51,538 nucleotides of DNA from Eubacterium sp. (GTDB lineage: Bacteria > Bacillota > Clostridia > Oscillospirales > Acutalibacteraceae), in NCBI GenBank assembly GCA_022772725.1, contig JALEZT010000012.1, forward strand, positions 1 to 51,538, read 5' to 3'. Each line of letters opens with the position of its first letter. Position 1 is the stretch's first letter. Made by a program: the position numbers and the translations under genes. Below, one piece after another: positions 18,981 through 28,779 of the stretch. Under the pieces are notes generated by a model. It had not been told where the DNA came from, searched no databases, and saw nothing but the letters and a program-made list of their open reading frames with translations.

Positions 18981-20354
18981 ATGAATTTTATGGCAAAAAC
19001 GATTGCCGCCGTTGCAACGGGAAACGCCGCCGGCGGAATAGGCGTTATAAGAATAAGCGGAGACAATGCAGTTGCAATTGCCGATAAGGTTTTCTGTCCT
19101 GCCGACAATTCCTCACTTTGCGAGCTTGGCGGATACAGAGCCAAATTCGGTTATATAAAATATAAAAACGAAAGAATAGACAACGCCGTTGCGCTTGTTT
19201 TCAGAGCTCCGAGGAGCTACACGGGCGAGGAGGTTGTTGAGCTTTCGGTTCACGGCGGACTTTTTATTGTTCAAAAAACGCTTGAAGCAGTTTTCGACGC
19301 AGGCGCAGAGCCTGCCGAGGCAGGAGAATTTACAAAAAGAGCTTTTCTTAACGGTAAGCTTGATTTGGCGCAGGCGGAAAGCGTTGCCGATTTAATTTCC
19401 GCGCAGGGCGACGCGGCGGCAAAGGCCTCCTTTAATCTTCTTCAAGGCTCTTTGAGCAATAAAATTAACAGTATATTAGACAGTCTTATAAATTCCTCCG
19501 CGTTGATGGCGGCTTGGGTTGATTATCCCGACGAGGAAATTCCCGAGCTTGAGGAAAGCACGCTTTTGCAAACGCTTACGGATAACCGAAACGAGCTTTC
19601 TGCGCTTATTGATAATTACGAAAACGGTCAGGCGGCAACGCAGGGAATCGAAACAACCATTGCAGGCAGACCGAATGCGGGAAAATCCACGCTGATGAAC
19701 CTGCTTGCAGGCAGAGAAAAAAGCATTGTAACCGATATTGCAGGTACAACTCGCGATATTGTTGAGGAAAGCGTTCGTCTCGGCAATCTTGTTCTTCATT
19801 TGAGCGACACGGCAGGATTGCGCGAGGGCGGAGATATTGTTGAGGCAATCGGAATAAAGAGGGCTTATGAGAAAATCGAAAGCGCTTCCCTTATTATCGC
19901 GGTTTTTGACAGCAGCGTTCCTCTTAACGAAAGCGATTTTGACCTTATTGAAAAATGCGGGGGCAAAAGGTGCGTTGCGGTCATAAATAAAATTGATATT
20001 GAAAACGGCGCGGATATGTCTGCCGTTGAAAACGCGTTTGACAGAGTTGTTTATATGAGCGCAAACAACAGTAAATATGCCGCAGAGCTTGAAGCGGCAA
20101 TATCGGAGCTTTTCGGTGTAACTGATTTTGACGCCTCCGCTCCCCTGCTTGCAAACATCAGGCAGAAAAAATGCTGCAAAAATGCGCTTGGCGCAATCGA
20201 CGAAGCAATAAATGCGCTTCAAGGCGGAATAACATTTGACGCAGTTAATGTTCTTATTGACGGTGCGGTTGATGAGCTTCTTGCGTTGACGGGAAAGAAA
20301 GCAACCGTTGAGGTTGTTAATAATATATTCAGCAAATTTTGCGTTGGTAAATAA
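18981..20354 (+). CDS. mnmE: tRNA modification GTPase MnmE
   Basis: GGIGVIRISG, GEFTKRAFLNG, GRPNAGKST, GTTRD, DTAG, NKID, FCVGK. Confidence 0.98.
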   Translation: MNFMAKTIAAVATGNAAGGIGVIRISGDNAVAIADKVFCPADNSSLCELGGYRAKFGYIKYKNERIDNAVALVFRAPRSYTGEEVVELSVHGGLFIVQKTLEAVFDAGAEPAEAGEFTKRAFLNGKLDLAQAESVADLISAQGDAAAKASFNLLQGSLSNKINSILDSLINSSALMAAWVDYPDEEIPELEESTLLQTLTDNRNELSALIDNYENGQAATQGIETTIAGRPNAGKSTLMNLLAGREKSIVTDIAGTTRDIVEESVRLGNLVLHLSDTAGLREGGDIVEAIGIKRAYEKIESASLIIAVFDSSVPLNESDFDLIEKCGGKRCVAVINKIDIENGADMSAVENAFDRVVYMSANNSKYAAELEAAISELFGVTDFDASAPLLANIRQKKCCKNALGAIDEAINALQGGITFDAVNVLIDGAVDELLALTGKKATVEVVNNIFSKFCVGK

Positions 20355-20375
20355 TTCTTATATCAGGTAAACGGT

Positions 20376-22241
20376 ATGAAATATTTTTCGGAAAACTATG
20401 ATGTTGCGGTTATCGGTGCGGGCCACGCAGGCATTGAAGCCGGGCTTGCTTCGGCAAGACTTGGCTGCAAAACCGCAGTTTTTACTATTAATCTTGATTG
20501 GATAGGCAATATGCCCTGCAATCCGTCTATCGGCGGAACCTCAAAGGGTCATCTTGTTCGCGAAATAGATGCGCTCGGCGGAGAAATGGGCAAGGCGGCG
20601 GATAAATATTCGCTTCAAAGCAGAATGTTAAATCTCGGCAAGGGCCCTGCCGTTCATTCTTTAAGAGCGCAGATAGACAGGCGCGAATATTCCAAGGGAA
20701 TGAAGCATACTCTTGAAATGCAGGATAATCTTGATGTTCGCCAAGCGGAAATAGTTTCTATTGAGCAAAAGGATAACGGAGCTTGGGAGCTGACAACAAA
20801 GCTTGAAGCCGTTTTCACCGCAAAGGCCGTTATTCTTGCAACGGGTACCTTCCTTGGCGGAAGAGTTTATATAGGTGATGTTTCATATTCAAGCGGACCG
20901 GACGGAATGTTTCCCGCAAACGAGCTTTCCAAAAGCCTTTATAAGCTTAACATTCCGCTTCGCAGATTTAAAACGGGAACGCCGAGCCGCGTAAACAGGC
21001 GAAGCGTTGATTTTTCAAAAACAGAGGTTCAGCAGGGCGACGAGCATACTGTTCCGTTCAGCTTTGAAACAAAGAACGCTCCGCAAAACAAGGTTAATTG
21101 CTACATTACATACACAAACGAGGAAACAAAAAGGGTTATTCTTGATAATCTTGACCGCTCGCCGATGTATAGTGGTAAAATTGAGGGCGTCGGTCCTCGC
21201 TACTGCCCAAGCTTTGAGGATAAAATTGTTCGCTTTGCCGATAAAGAACGCCACCAGCTTTTTATTGAGCCGTGCGGACTTGAAACCGAGGAAATGTATT
21301 TGCAGGGTCTCTCCTCCTCTCTTCCCGAGGATGTTCAGCTTCAATTTATTCACACTATCCCCGGGCTTGAAAATGCAAAGGTTATGAGAACTGCTTACGC
21401 AATTGAGTATGACTGTGTTGACCCGACCGCGCTGAAATCCACTCTTGAATTTCATGATTTTGACGGACTTTACGGCGCAGGACAGTTTAACGGTTCAAGC
21501 GGCTACGAGGAGGCGGCGGCGCAGGGACTTGTTGCAGGCATTAACGCGGCGCTGAAAATCAAGGGCGAGGAGCCGTTGATACTCGACAGAGGCGGCTCAT
21601 ATATAGGAACGCTGATTGACGACCTTGTAACAAAGGGCTGCTCCGACCCATACAGAATGATGACAAGCCGAAGCGAATACCGACTTGTTCTCCGTCAGGA
21701 CAATGCAGATATTCGCCTGACACCCATTGGGCACAAAATCGGCTTAATCAGCGAGGAAAGATACTCTGCTTTTCTTGAAAAGCTTGAACAGATAAAGGCG
21801 GAGAGACGCAGAATTGAGGAAACCTCGCTTCCCGTTACAGATGAATTGCAGGAAATTTTGAAAAAATGTTCAACAACCCCTTTAAAAAAGGGCTGTAAAA
21901 TGATAGAATTGATTAAAAGGCCGCAGATAACCTATAAGGATTTGGAAAGCGTTGACACCGAAAGACCCGATTTGCCTTATGAGGTTTTCGAGCAGGTTGA
22001 AATTTCCGTTAAATATGAGGGATATATCGCACGGCAGGAGCAGCAGATTAAGGAAATGCGCAGAATTGAGTGCAAAAAAATCCCTAAGGATATTGATTAT
22101 TCGTCGTTAAAGGGTTTGAGGCTTGAAGCAATCGAAAAGCTTTCAAAAATCAGACCTGAAAACTTAGGGCAGGCAGGAAGAATAAGCGGAGTTAATCCCG
22201 CAGATGTTGCCGCTCTTAATATAATTTTGGAGTCGCTATGA
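20376..22241 (+). CDS. mnmG: tRNA uridine-5-carboxymethylaminomethyl modification enzyme MnmG (GidA)
   Basis: [38 protein letters not shown]. Confidence 0.98.
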   Translation: MKYFSENYDVAVIGAGHAGIEAGLASARLGCKTAVFTINLDWIGNMPCNPSIGGTSKGHLVREIDALGGEMGKAADKYSLQSRMLNLGKGPAVHSLRAQIDRREYSKGMKHTLEMQDNLDVRQAEIVSIEQKDNGAWELTTKLEAVFTAKAVILATGTFLGGRVYIGDVSYSSGPDGMFPANELSKSLYKLNIPLRRFKTGTPSRVNRRSVDFSKTEVQQGDEHTVPFSFETKNAPQNKVNCYITYTNEETKRVILDNLDRSPMYSGKIEGVGPRYCPSFEDKIVRFADKERHQLFIEPCGLETEEMYLQGLSSSLPEDVQLQFIHTIPGLENAKVMRTAYAIEYDCVDPTALKSTLEFHDFDGLYGAGQFNGSSGYEEAAAQGLVAGINAALKIKGEEPLILDRGGSYIGTLIDDLVTKGCSDPYRMMTSRSEYRLVLRQDNADIRLTPIGHKIGLISEERYSAFLEKLEQIKAERRRIEETSLPVTDELQEILKKCSTTPLKKGCKMIELIKRPQITYKDLESVDTERPDLPYEVFEQVEISVKYEGYIARQEQQIKEMRRIECKKIPKDIDYSSLKGLRLEAIEKLSKIRPENLGQAGRISGVNPADVAALNIILESL

Positions 22242-22942
22242 TTGATAAGGATTTATTAAAGGAAAGCGCACTTGATTTCGGCGTTTCGCTTGATGATATG
22301 GCGCTTGACAGATTTGAGCTTCTTGAACAAAGGCTTGTTAGGTGGAACAATCATATTAACCTGACCGCCATAACCGAGCCGGATGAAATTGTTATTAAGC
22401 ATTTTGTTGATTCTTTAAGTATTTTTTCCGCCGTTGATTTGCCTCGTGGTGCTTCTGTTATTGATGTTGGCTGCGGCGCAGGCTTTCCGGGGCTTCCCCT
22501 TTTGATTGCAAGACCCGACCTTGATTTAACCTTTCTTGATTCCGTTGGAAAAAAGCTCAGCTTTATCAAGGAGGTTATGAGATATAACGGACTTATGGGC
22601 GATGTTGTTCACGACAGAGCGGAAAATATCGGGCTCAGCATTAAATACAGAGAGAGCTTTGATTTTGCCGTTACGCGCGCAGTTGCTCCGCTTAATATGC
22701 TTGCGGAATACTGCCTGCCGCTTGTTAAGGTTGGCGGAATGTATGTTTCGATGAAGGGCGCAGATAATGAGGTTGAGCTTGGCAAAAACGCAATTGAAAA
22801 GCTTGGAGGCAAAATTGAAAACATTGTTTCACTTGAACTGCCGACGGGAGATAAGCGAAATCTTATTTTGATAAGAAAAATATCGCAAACCTCGATAAAA
22901 TACCCCAGAAAATCTAAAAAAATCAGCTCCAAGCCGTTGTAA
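22238..22942 (+). CDS. rsmG: 16S rRNA m7G527 methyltransferase RsmG (GidB)
   Basis: [31 protein letters not shown]. Confidence 0.97.
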   Translation: MIDKDLLKESALDFGVSLDDMALDRFELLEQRLVRWNNHINLTAITEPDEIVIKHFVDSLSIFSAVDLPRGASVIDVGCGAGFPGLPLLIARPDLDLTFLDSVGKKLSFIKEVMRYNGLMGDVVHDRAENIGLSIKYRESFDFAVTRAVAPLNMLAEYCLPLVKVGGMYVSMKGADNEVELGKNAIEKLGGKIENIVSLELPTGDKRNLILIRKISQTSIKYPRKSKKISSKPL

Positions 22943-22965
22943 ATTTGACGATAATGATAGAATTT

Positions 22966-22997
22966 AAAGGATTTCTTGCTATAAGAAATCCTTTTTT
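22966..22997 (+). terminator. Terminator after rsmG
   Basis: AAAGGATTTCTT-GCTAT-AAGAAATCCTTT followed by a T-run. Confidence 0.7.
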
Positions 22998-23041
22998 TCT
23001 GTGAAAAAATATGGTATAGTATAGACACAGAGGAGTAAGGA

Positions 23042-23875
23042 GTGTGGCAAATGCCGGAGGAAATAGTTAGGATTGCAACAGAAAAGCTGCTCCCCAATCC
23101 ATATCAGCCAAGAAAGCAGTTTAAAAGCGAGGAGCTTTTAAGCCTTTCGGAATCTATCAAGGAAAACGGAATACTTCAACCGCTTCTTGCACGCAGGATA
23201 AATAATAGCGACTATTTTGAAATTATCGCAGGCGAAAGAAGACTGCGCGCCGCTATTCTTGCAAATTTGGACAAGGTACCCTGCCTTATTGTTGACTGCG
23301 ACTATGAGGAATCTGCGGTTTATTCCATTCTTGAAAATATTCAACGCTCCGATTTAAGCTTCTTTGAAGAGGCACAGGCAATTTCACAGATGCAAAATCA
23401 CTTTGGTATGACTCAGGAGCAGATTGCAAAACGGCTCGGGAAAAGCCAAAGCGCCCTTTCAAATAAGCTCAGACTGTTGAAATTGCCTGCCGATGTTCGA
23501 TATTTTATAGAAAAGGAAGGCTTAACGGAACGCCACGCAAGAGCACTCCTCAGGCTTGACTCTGAAAAGCAGATTTGGACAACCCTTAATTTTATTAAGG
23601 AAAAGGGCTGGAATGTTGCTCAAACAGAGGCTTATATCGATTCTTTAACAGATAAAAAGGTTAAAGGCCATAAAAATATAGTTAAAATCTTTAAGGATGT
23701 TCGTATTTTTGTTAATACGGTTAATAAAGCAATAAACACAATGAAGGAGGCAGGAATACCTGCCGAGTCAAATAAAACCGAAACAGAAGATTATATAGAA
23801 TTTTTTGTCAGAATACCTAAAAATCCGCAAAAAGCAACCGAAAATGTTTCGGGAGCGAAAATTAACTCTGCTTAA
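23042..23875 (+). CDS. noc: Nucleoid occlusion protein Noc (ParB-like)
   Basis: PNPYQPRKQF, IIAGERRLRA, ENIQR, KDVRIFVNT...AGI C-terminal motif. Located between rsmG and parA. Confidence 0.85.
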   Translation: MWQMPEEIVRIATEKLLPNPYQPRKQFKSEELLSLSESIKENGILQPLLARRINNSDYFEIIAGERRLRAAILANLDKVPCLIVDCDYEESAVYSILENIQRSDLSFFEEAQAISQMQNHFGMTQEQIAKRLGKSQSALSNKLRLLKLPADVRYFIEKEGLTERHARALLRLDSEKQIWTTLNFIKEKGWNVAQTEAYIDSLTDKKVKGHKNIVKIFKDVRIFVNTVNKAINTMKEAGIPAESNKTETEDYIEFFVRIPKNPQKATENVSGAKINSA

Positions 23876-23918
23876 AACGGGAAACCGTTTTAACATATTC
23901 TCCTCTTTTCATCACGTG

Positions 23919-23960
23919 GAATAGCCTGTCGGGTAAAACCGATGGGCTATTCTGCGTTTT
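23919..23960 (+). terminator. Terminator after noc
   Basis: GAATAGCCTGTCGG-loop-CCGATGGGCTATTC, then GCGTTTT. A second hairpin TTAAAACGG-GAAA-CCGTTTTAA overlaps the stop codon at 23872-23893. Confidence 0.65.
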
Positions 23961-24051
23961 ATGGGTTTATTGCTTCAACGGGATATGCCGTATATATAAT
24001 GTATATAATATATAAATTAAATTATAACCTTAAATCAAATATATTCTCTTG

Positions 24052-24067
24052 TGTTTCATGTGAAACA
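24052..24067. promoter_or_regulatory. parS site 1
   Basis: TGTTTCATGTGAAACA, one mismatch to TGTTTCACGTGAAACA. Confidence 0.9.
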
Positions 24068-24236
24068 ATTCTACAAGATATTGAATTTCATATAAACATT
24101 GTTTAAATTATACTGTTTTGTTGAAAACTCTGTTTAAATTGTTGAAAATTATAGTGTTTATGTGAATAAAATAATTATTATTTATTGATTTGTTCTTATA
24201 AAGGCACTATCCCCTGCTCATAGCTTTTAAAAATAA

Positions 24237-24252
24237 TGTTTCATGTGAAACA
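24237..24252. promoter_or_regulatory. parS site 2
   Basis: TGTTTCATGTGAAACA. Confidence 0.9.
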
Positions 24253-24308
24253 TCTATATGTTGTGCAACATACTTTACGGTGCACAATTTTTCAAAAAAA
24301 GTTGCCTT

Positions 24309-24324
24309 TGTTTCACGTGAAACT
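24309..24324. promoter_or_regulatory. parS site 3
   Basis: TGTTTCACGTGAAACT. Confidence 0.9.
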
Positions 24325-24393
24325 TCCCTTTCCTTATTGATTGTGAGAAATTATTATAGTATAATATCAGTACTGATTATGCGGAGGTGCCCT

Positions 24394-25155
24394 ATGGGAA
24401 AAACTATTGCAATATTCAATCAAAAAGGCGGAGTGGGAAAAACAACGAGTTGTATTAACTTTGCCGCCTGTCTTGGTGCAAAAGGAAAAAAGACGCTTCT
24501 TGTTGATGTTGACCCTCAGGGTAACTCAACGAGCGGAGTTGGTATTGAAAAAACAGATTTGGAATATTCAACATACGATATACTTATTAATAAGGTTCCT
24601 GCAAGAGGCATAATGATTGAAACGGAGTTTAAAAATCTTTCTGTTCTTCCTGCAAATATGAACCTTGCAGGCGCAGAGCTTGAGCTTGCAGAGCTTGAAG
24701 ACAGATATTTTGCCCTTAAAAAAGCAATTGCTCCGCTGACGGTTGATTTTGACTACATAATTATAGATTGCCCGCCGAGCTTGGGATTACTTTCCCTAAA
24801 CGCTCTTGCCGCCTCGGATACTCTTATTGTTCCGCTTCAATGTGAATATTACGCACTTGAAGGATTAAGTCAGCTTATCGGCACAGTTAGAACAGTTAAG
24901 CAGCATTATAATGAAAATCTTGAGCTTGAAGGCGTGCTTTTCACAATGTATGACAGTAGGTTAAAGCTCAATCAGCAGGTAATTGACGAGGTAAACAAGT
25001 TCTTCCCGAATAAATCGTATAAAACAATGATTCCGAGAAGCGTTAAGCTTGCAGAGGCACCGAGCTTCGGAGAGCCTGTTATATATTATGAAAAATACAG
25101 TAAAGCAAGCTTTGCATATAAAAAGTTTACAGATGAATTTTTAAAGAGGCAGTAA
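24394..25155 (+). CDS. parA: Chromosome partitioning ATPase ParA/Soj
   Basis: NQKGGVGKTT, DVDPQGNST, IDCPPSLG, QCEYYALEG, EAPSFG. Start at ATG 24394 behind GGAGGTG. Confidence 0.97.
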   Translation: MGKTIAIFNQKGGVGKTTSCINFAACLGAKGKKTLLVDVDPQGNSTSGVGIEKTDLEYSTYDILINKVPARGIMIETEFKNLSVLPANMNLAGAELELAELEDRYFALKKAIAPLTVDFDYIIIDCPPSLGLLSLNALAASDTLIVPLQCEYYALEGLSQLIGTVRTVKQHYNENLELEGVLFTMYDSRLKLNQQVIDEVNKFFPNKSYKTMIPRSVKLAEAPSFGEPVIYYEKYSKASFAYKKFTDEFLKRQ

Positions 25156-25844
25156 TGAAAGAAAACGCTTTCAAAAACAAGCTTGCGGGTGTCGGCGTAG
25201 TTCTGATAACAGTTATTCAGGCAATCGTGCTTGCTTTGTTTCAGATGAGTATTTCTGCTTTTGCAGAGGATAATAATTTTTATCGGACTGACGCTTTGCT
25301 TTGGCGCGTGCCTATGTCTGCCGTATTTGTTTTATTTACGGCAACGGCGGTCGTTACACTGAAAAGGCTTCATAGAAACGAGTTACAGACTAAAAGGCTT
25401 CAATACATTCCCATATCAATGTCGATTGCGCACATAGCGGCACTTGTTTTTCTTATAATACTTAGCACTTCGTATTACGATATGCTTATAGAAGCTCTGT
25501 ATCCGCTGATGGTCTATTATGTTTCATTATATGTGCTTGCACTTGTCTTTGGCGCCGTGATAGTAATTTTTACAAAGAATATTCCGCGTCAAAAGCTGAT
25601 ATCGGGTGTATTGATTGCCGTTTTTGCGCTATTAATCGGCGGTTTATACCTTGGAGTTTTTAAAGGCTTGGTTGATGTTGTGCAGATTCCTTATCATCCG
25701 GTGTTTGAATATTGCTTTCCCGTTCAAATGGCACTTTGGGCGGTAAGTGCGGCAATAACCGTTGCGGCTTCGCAAAGCAACAGGGAAATTCATCAGCCGC
25801 GAGACAGTGTTTATTTTACACCGCCGAATTTATATAATGATTAA
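25155..25844 (+). CDS. Hypothetical integral membrane protein (about 6 TM)
   Basis: 229 aa with about six hydrophobic segments. Start overlaps the parA stop (TAATG). Confidence 0.75.
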   Translation: MKENAFKNKLAGVGVVLITVIQAIVLALFQMSISAFAEDNNFYRTDALLWRVPMSAVFVLFTATAVVTLKRLHRNELQTKRLQYIPISMSIAHIAALVFLIILSTSYYDMLIEALYPLMVYYVSLYVLALVFGAVIVIFTKNIPRQKLISGVLIAVFALLIGGLYLGVFKGLVDVVQIPYHPVFEYCFPVQMALWAVSAAITVAASQSNREIHQPRDSVYFTPPNLYND

Positions 25845-25878
25845 TTTTTTCAAATAAACAGTTAAAGGAGGAGATTTA

Positions 25879-26730
25879 ATGGCAAAAAAACAATCCGGAC
25901 TCGGCAAGGGTTTGGGTGCGCTTATGCTTGAAAATTCGGTTGACGATATGATTTCGCCGAACACGGTTTCGATTGACGAAATTGTGCCGAATAAGGAGCA
26001 GCCGAGGAAAACCTTTGACGAGGGCTCTCTTTCGGAGCTTTCCGAAAGCATAAAGCAGCACGGCGTTTTGCAGCCGCTTCTTGTTCGTCCGCTCCCGGAG
26101 GGAGGCTATCAGCTTGTTGCCGGTGAGCGCCGTTGGCGTGCGTGCCGTATGGCAGGGCTTCGCGAGGTGCCCGTTGTTATAAAAGAGCTGACAGACACCG
26201 AAACAATGGAGATTGCAATAATAGAAAATCTTCAAAGAGAGGATTTAAACCCCATTGAAGAGGCAGAGGGACTTCAAGCGCTTATTGATAAGTGCGGCTT
26301 CACGCAGGAGGAGGTTGCAACGAGCGTTGGCAAATCAAGACCTGCAATTGCAAACAGTCTGCGCTTGCTCCGTCTTCCGCCTGAGGTTAGGGAAATGACG
26401 AAAAACGGAGAAATCTCCGCAGGCCACGCAAGAGCGCTTCTTGCCTTTGATAACGAAGCAATGATTTATGAGGTTGCAAATAATATTGTTGCAAAAAAGC
26501 TGACTGTTCGCGATGTTGAGCGTCTTTCAAAGATGAAGGAGCCAAGCGCTGTTCCTGTTAAACGGAGCAGGAGAAGAGACAGCTTTTATGACGAGGTTGA
26601 AATTTCATTAACGAATGCACTCGGCAGAAAGGTTAAGGTATATAACGGCAGAGGAAAGGGAACTCTTGAAATAGAGTTTTACAGTATTGAAGAATTAAAG
26701 GATTTAGCAAACAGATTAGGAGAAGAATAA
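25879..26730 (+). CDS. parB: Chromosome partitioning protein ParB/Spo0J
   Basis: GLGKGLGAL N-terminal peptide, LVAGERRWRA, ENLQREDLNPIEEA, HTH. RBS AAGGAGG. Confidence 0.97.
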   Translation: MAKKQSGLGKGLGALMLENSVDDMISPNTVSIDEIVPNKEQPRKTFDEGSLSELSESIKQHGVLQPLLVRPLPEGGYQLVAGERRWRACRMAGLREVPVVIKELTDTETMEIAIIENLQREDLNPIEEAEGLQALIDKCGFTQEEVATSVGKSRPAIANSLRLLRLPPEVREMTKNGEISAGHARALLAFDNEAMIYEVANNIVAKKLTVRDVERLSKMKEPSAVPVKRSRRRDSFYDEVEISLTNALGRKVKVYNGRGKGTLEIEFYSIEELKDLANRLGEE

Positions 26731-28017
26731 ATGTTAGATATAAGATTTGTAAGGGAAAATCCCGAAGCAGTTAAGGAAAACATAAAAAAGAAATTTCAGG
26801 ACGATAAGCTCCCGCTTGTTGACGAGGTTATTGCGCTTGACGAGGAAAAAAGAAGCGTTCAAAAGCAGGCAGATGAGCTTCGCGCAAACAGGAATAAGCT
26901 TTCAAAGGAAATAGGAAATCTTATGGCGCAGGGCAAAAAGGAAGAGGGAATGGCTCTGCGCGAGCAGGTTAAGGCTCAGGCGGACGAGCTTGAAGCACTT
27001 TCAAAGAGGGAAGCAGAGCTCAACGAAAGGGTTACCAAAATAATGATGACCATTCCGAATATGATTGATGCGTCTGTTCCGATAGGTAAGGACGACAGCG
27101 AAAATGTTGAGGTGCAGAAATACGGCGAGCCTGTTGTTCCAGATTATGAAATTCCTTATCACACGGACATTATGGAATCGTTTGACGGAATAGACCTTGA
27201 CTCCGCAGGACGCGTTGCAGGCAACGGCTTTTATTATCTTATGGGCGATATTGCAAGGCTTCATTCGGCGGTGCTTGCTTATGCAAGAGATTTTATGATA
27301 AACAGAGGCTTCACCTATTGTATTCCTCCGTTTATGATCAGAAGCGCAGTTGTTGACGGTGTTATGAGCTTTGCCGAAATGGACGCTATGATGTATAAAA
27401 TCGAGGGAGAGGACCTTTATCTTATAGGCACCTCCGAGCATTCTATGATAGGCAAGTTTATAGATACCATTATTCCCGAGAGTGAGCTTCCGAAAACCTT
27501 AACCTCGTATTCTCCCTGTTTCAGAAAGGAAAAGGGTGCGCACGGCATTGAGGAAAGAGGCGTTTACAGAATCCATCAGTTTGAAAAGCAGGAAATGATA
27601 GTTGTTTGTAAGCCGGAGGAGTCGCCGATTTGGTTTGATAAGCTTTGGCAAAACACCGTTGACCTTTTCAGAAGCCTTGATGTTCCCGTAAGAACTCTTG
27701 AATGTTGCTCGGGCGACCTTGCCGATTTAAAGGTTAAATCGGTTGATGTTGAGGCATGGTCTCCGAGACAGAAAAAATATTTTGAGGTTGGCTCATGCTC
27801 AAACCTTTCGGACGCGCAGGCACGCAGACTTAAAATCAGAGTTAAGGGCGAAAACGGAAACTATCTTGCCCACACGCTTAACAACACGGTTGTTGCTCCG
27901 CCGAGAATGCTTATTGCATTCCTTGAAAATAACCTCCAAGCAGACGGTAGCGTTAAAATTCCAAAGGCGCTTCAACCCTATATGGGCGGCACAGAGGTTT
28001 TAATTCCCAAAAAATAA
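26731..28017 (+). CDS. serS: Seryl-tRNA synthetase
   Basis: MLDIRFVREN coiled-coil arm, IGTSEH, CFRKEKG, RIHQFEK, HTLNNT. Confidence 0.98.
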   Translation: MLDIRFVRENPEAVKENIKKKFQDDKLPLVDEVIALDEEKRSVQKQADELRANRNKLSKEIGNLMAQGKKEEGMALREQVKAQADELEALSKREAELNERVTKIMMTIPNMIDASVPIGKDDSENVEVQKYGEPVVPDYEIPYHTDIMESFDGIDLDSAGRVAGNGFYYLMGDIARLHSAVLAYARDFMINRGFTYCIPPFMIRSAVVDGVMSFAEMDAMMYKIEGEDLYLIGTSEHSMIGKFIDTIIPESELPKTLTSYSPCFRKEKGAHGIEERGVYRIHQFEKQEMIVVCKPEESPIWFDKLWQNTVDLFRSLDVPVRTLECCSGDLADLKVKSVDVEAWSPRQKKYFEVGSCSNLSDAQARRLKIRVKGENGNYLAHTLNNTVVAPPRMLIAFLENNLQADGSVKIPKALQPYMGGTEVLIPKK

Positions 28018-28029
28018 AAATAGTATAAT

Positions 28030-28067
28030 AAAACGCTTCGGAAAGAATTACCCTCCGAAGCGTTTTT
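28030..28067. terminator. Bidirectional terminator between serS and trkA
   Basis: AAAACGCTTCGGA-loop-TCCGAAGCGTTTT between convergent genes. Confidence 0.8.
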
Positions 28068-28091
28068 CTTATTATTAATATTTATAATTAA

Positions 28092-28739
28092 TTACATTTT
28101 AAAGCATTTGCGAATGTTTTTATTAGTGCCGAGCACAAGAACGGATTCGCCCTGCGTGAACACTGAATCGGGCGACATACTTATATTTAGTGTGCCGTTT
28201 TCCTTTGTTCCCAAAATGTTTATATTATATTTACGGCGAACATCAAGCCCTGCAAGAGTTTTGCCGACCCATTCATAAGGCACCTCGATTTCATAAAGTC
28301 CGCAGTCATTGCCGAGATCCATAAAATCAAGAATATGGTTAGAGCCGCATTTGATAGCCGCCCATTCGGCAACCTGCTTTTCGGGATAGATAATTGCGTC
28401 TGCGCCGTTGCGAAGCAAAAATTTTGCGTGAACATCGTTTGACGCACGGGAGATAACCCTTTGAGCGCCGAGCTCCTTTAAAAGAGAGGTTGTTTCGAGC
28501 GAGTCCTGAAAATCATCGCCGATTGTTACGAAGCACAAATCAAAATCCTCAACGTCGAGTGCTTCAAGAAATTCAACTGAGGAGGCGTCGCCTATCCGGG
28601 CGCTTGTTGCGTAGGGAAGAATGGCATCAATTCTTTCCTCGTTTGAATCAACAACCATAATTTCATTGTCAAGCTCGCTGAGCTTTTTTGCAAGATGCAC
28701 GCCGAATTGACCGGCGCCTACTAATAAAACCGATTTCAT
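28092..28739 (-). CDS. trkA: Trk/Ktr potassium uptake regulatory (RCK) subunit
   Basis: VGAGQFG Rossmann motif, GADAIIYPEK, TrkA-C domain. Confidence 0.9.
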   Translation of the reverse strand: MKSVLLVGAGQFGVHLAKKLSELDNEIMVVDSNEERIDAILPYATSARIGDASSVEFLEALDVEDFDLCFVTIGDDFQDSLETTSLLKELGAQRVISRASNDVHAKFLLRNGADAIIYPEKQVAEWAAIKCGSNHILDFMDLGNDCGLYEIEVPYEWVGKTLAGLDVRRKYNINILGTKENGTLNISMSPDSVFTQGESVLVLGTNKNIRKCFKM

Positions 28740-28779
28740 TTTAGTTCCTTCTTAAAAATATATTCTGCCGCCTTGATTA

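Noticed and set aside
23908-23923. Fourth parS site (TTCATCACGTGGAATA)
   Set aside because: The CACGTG core is present but the left arm has three mismatches, too degenerate to call.
24280-24393. N-terminal extension of ParA in the ORF track
   Set aside because: VSRET is simply parS read in frame. The RBS-supported start is 24394.
26700-26731. T-box leader for serS
   Set aside because: serS starts immediately after the parB stop, so there is no leader space.
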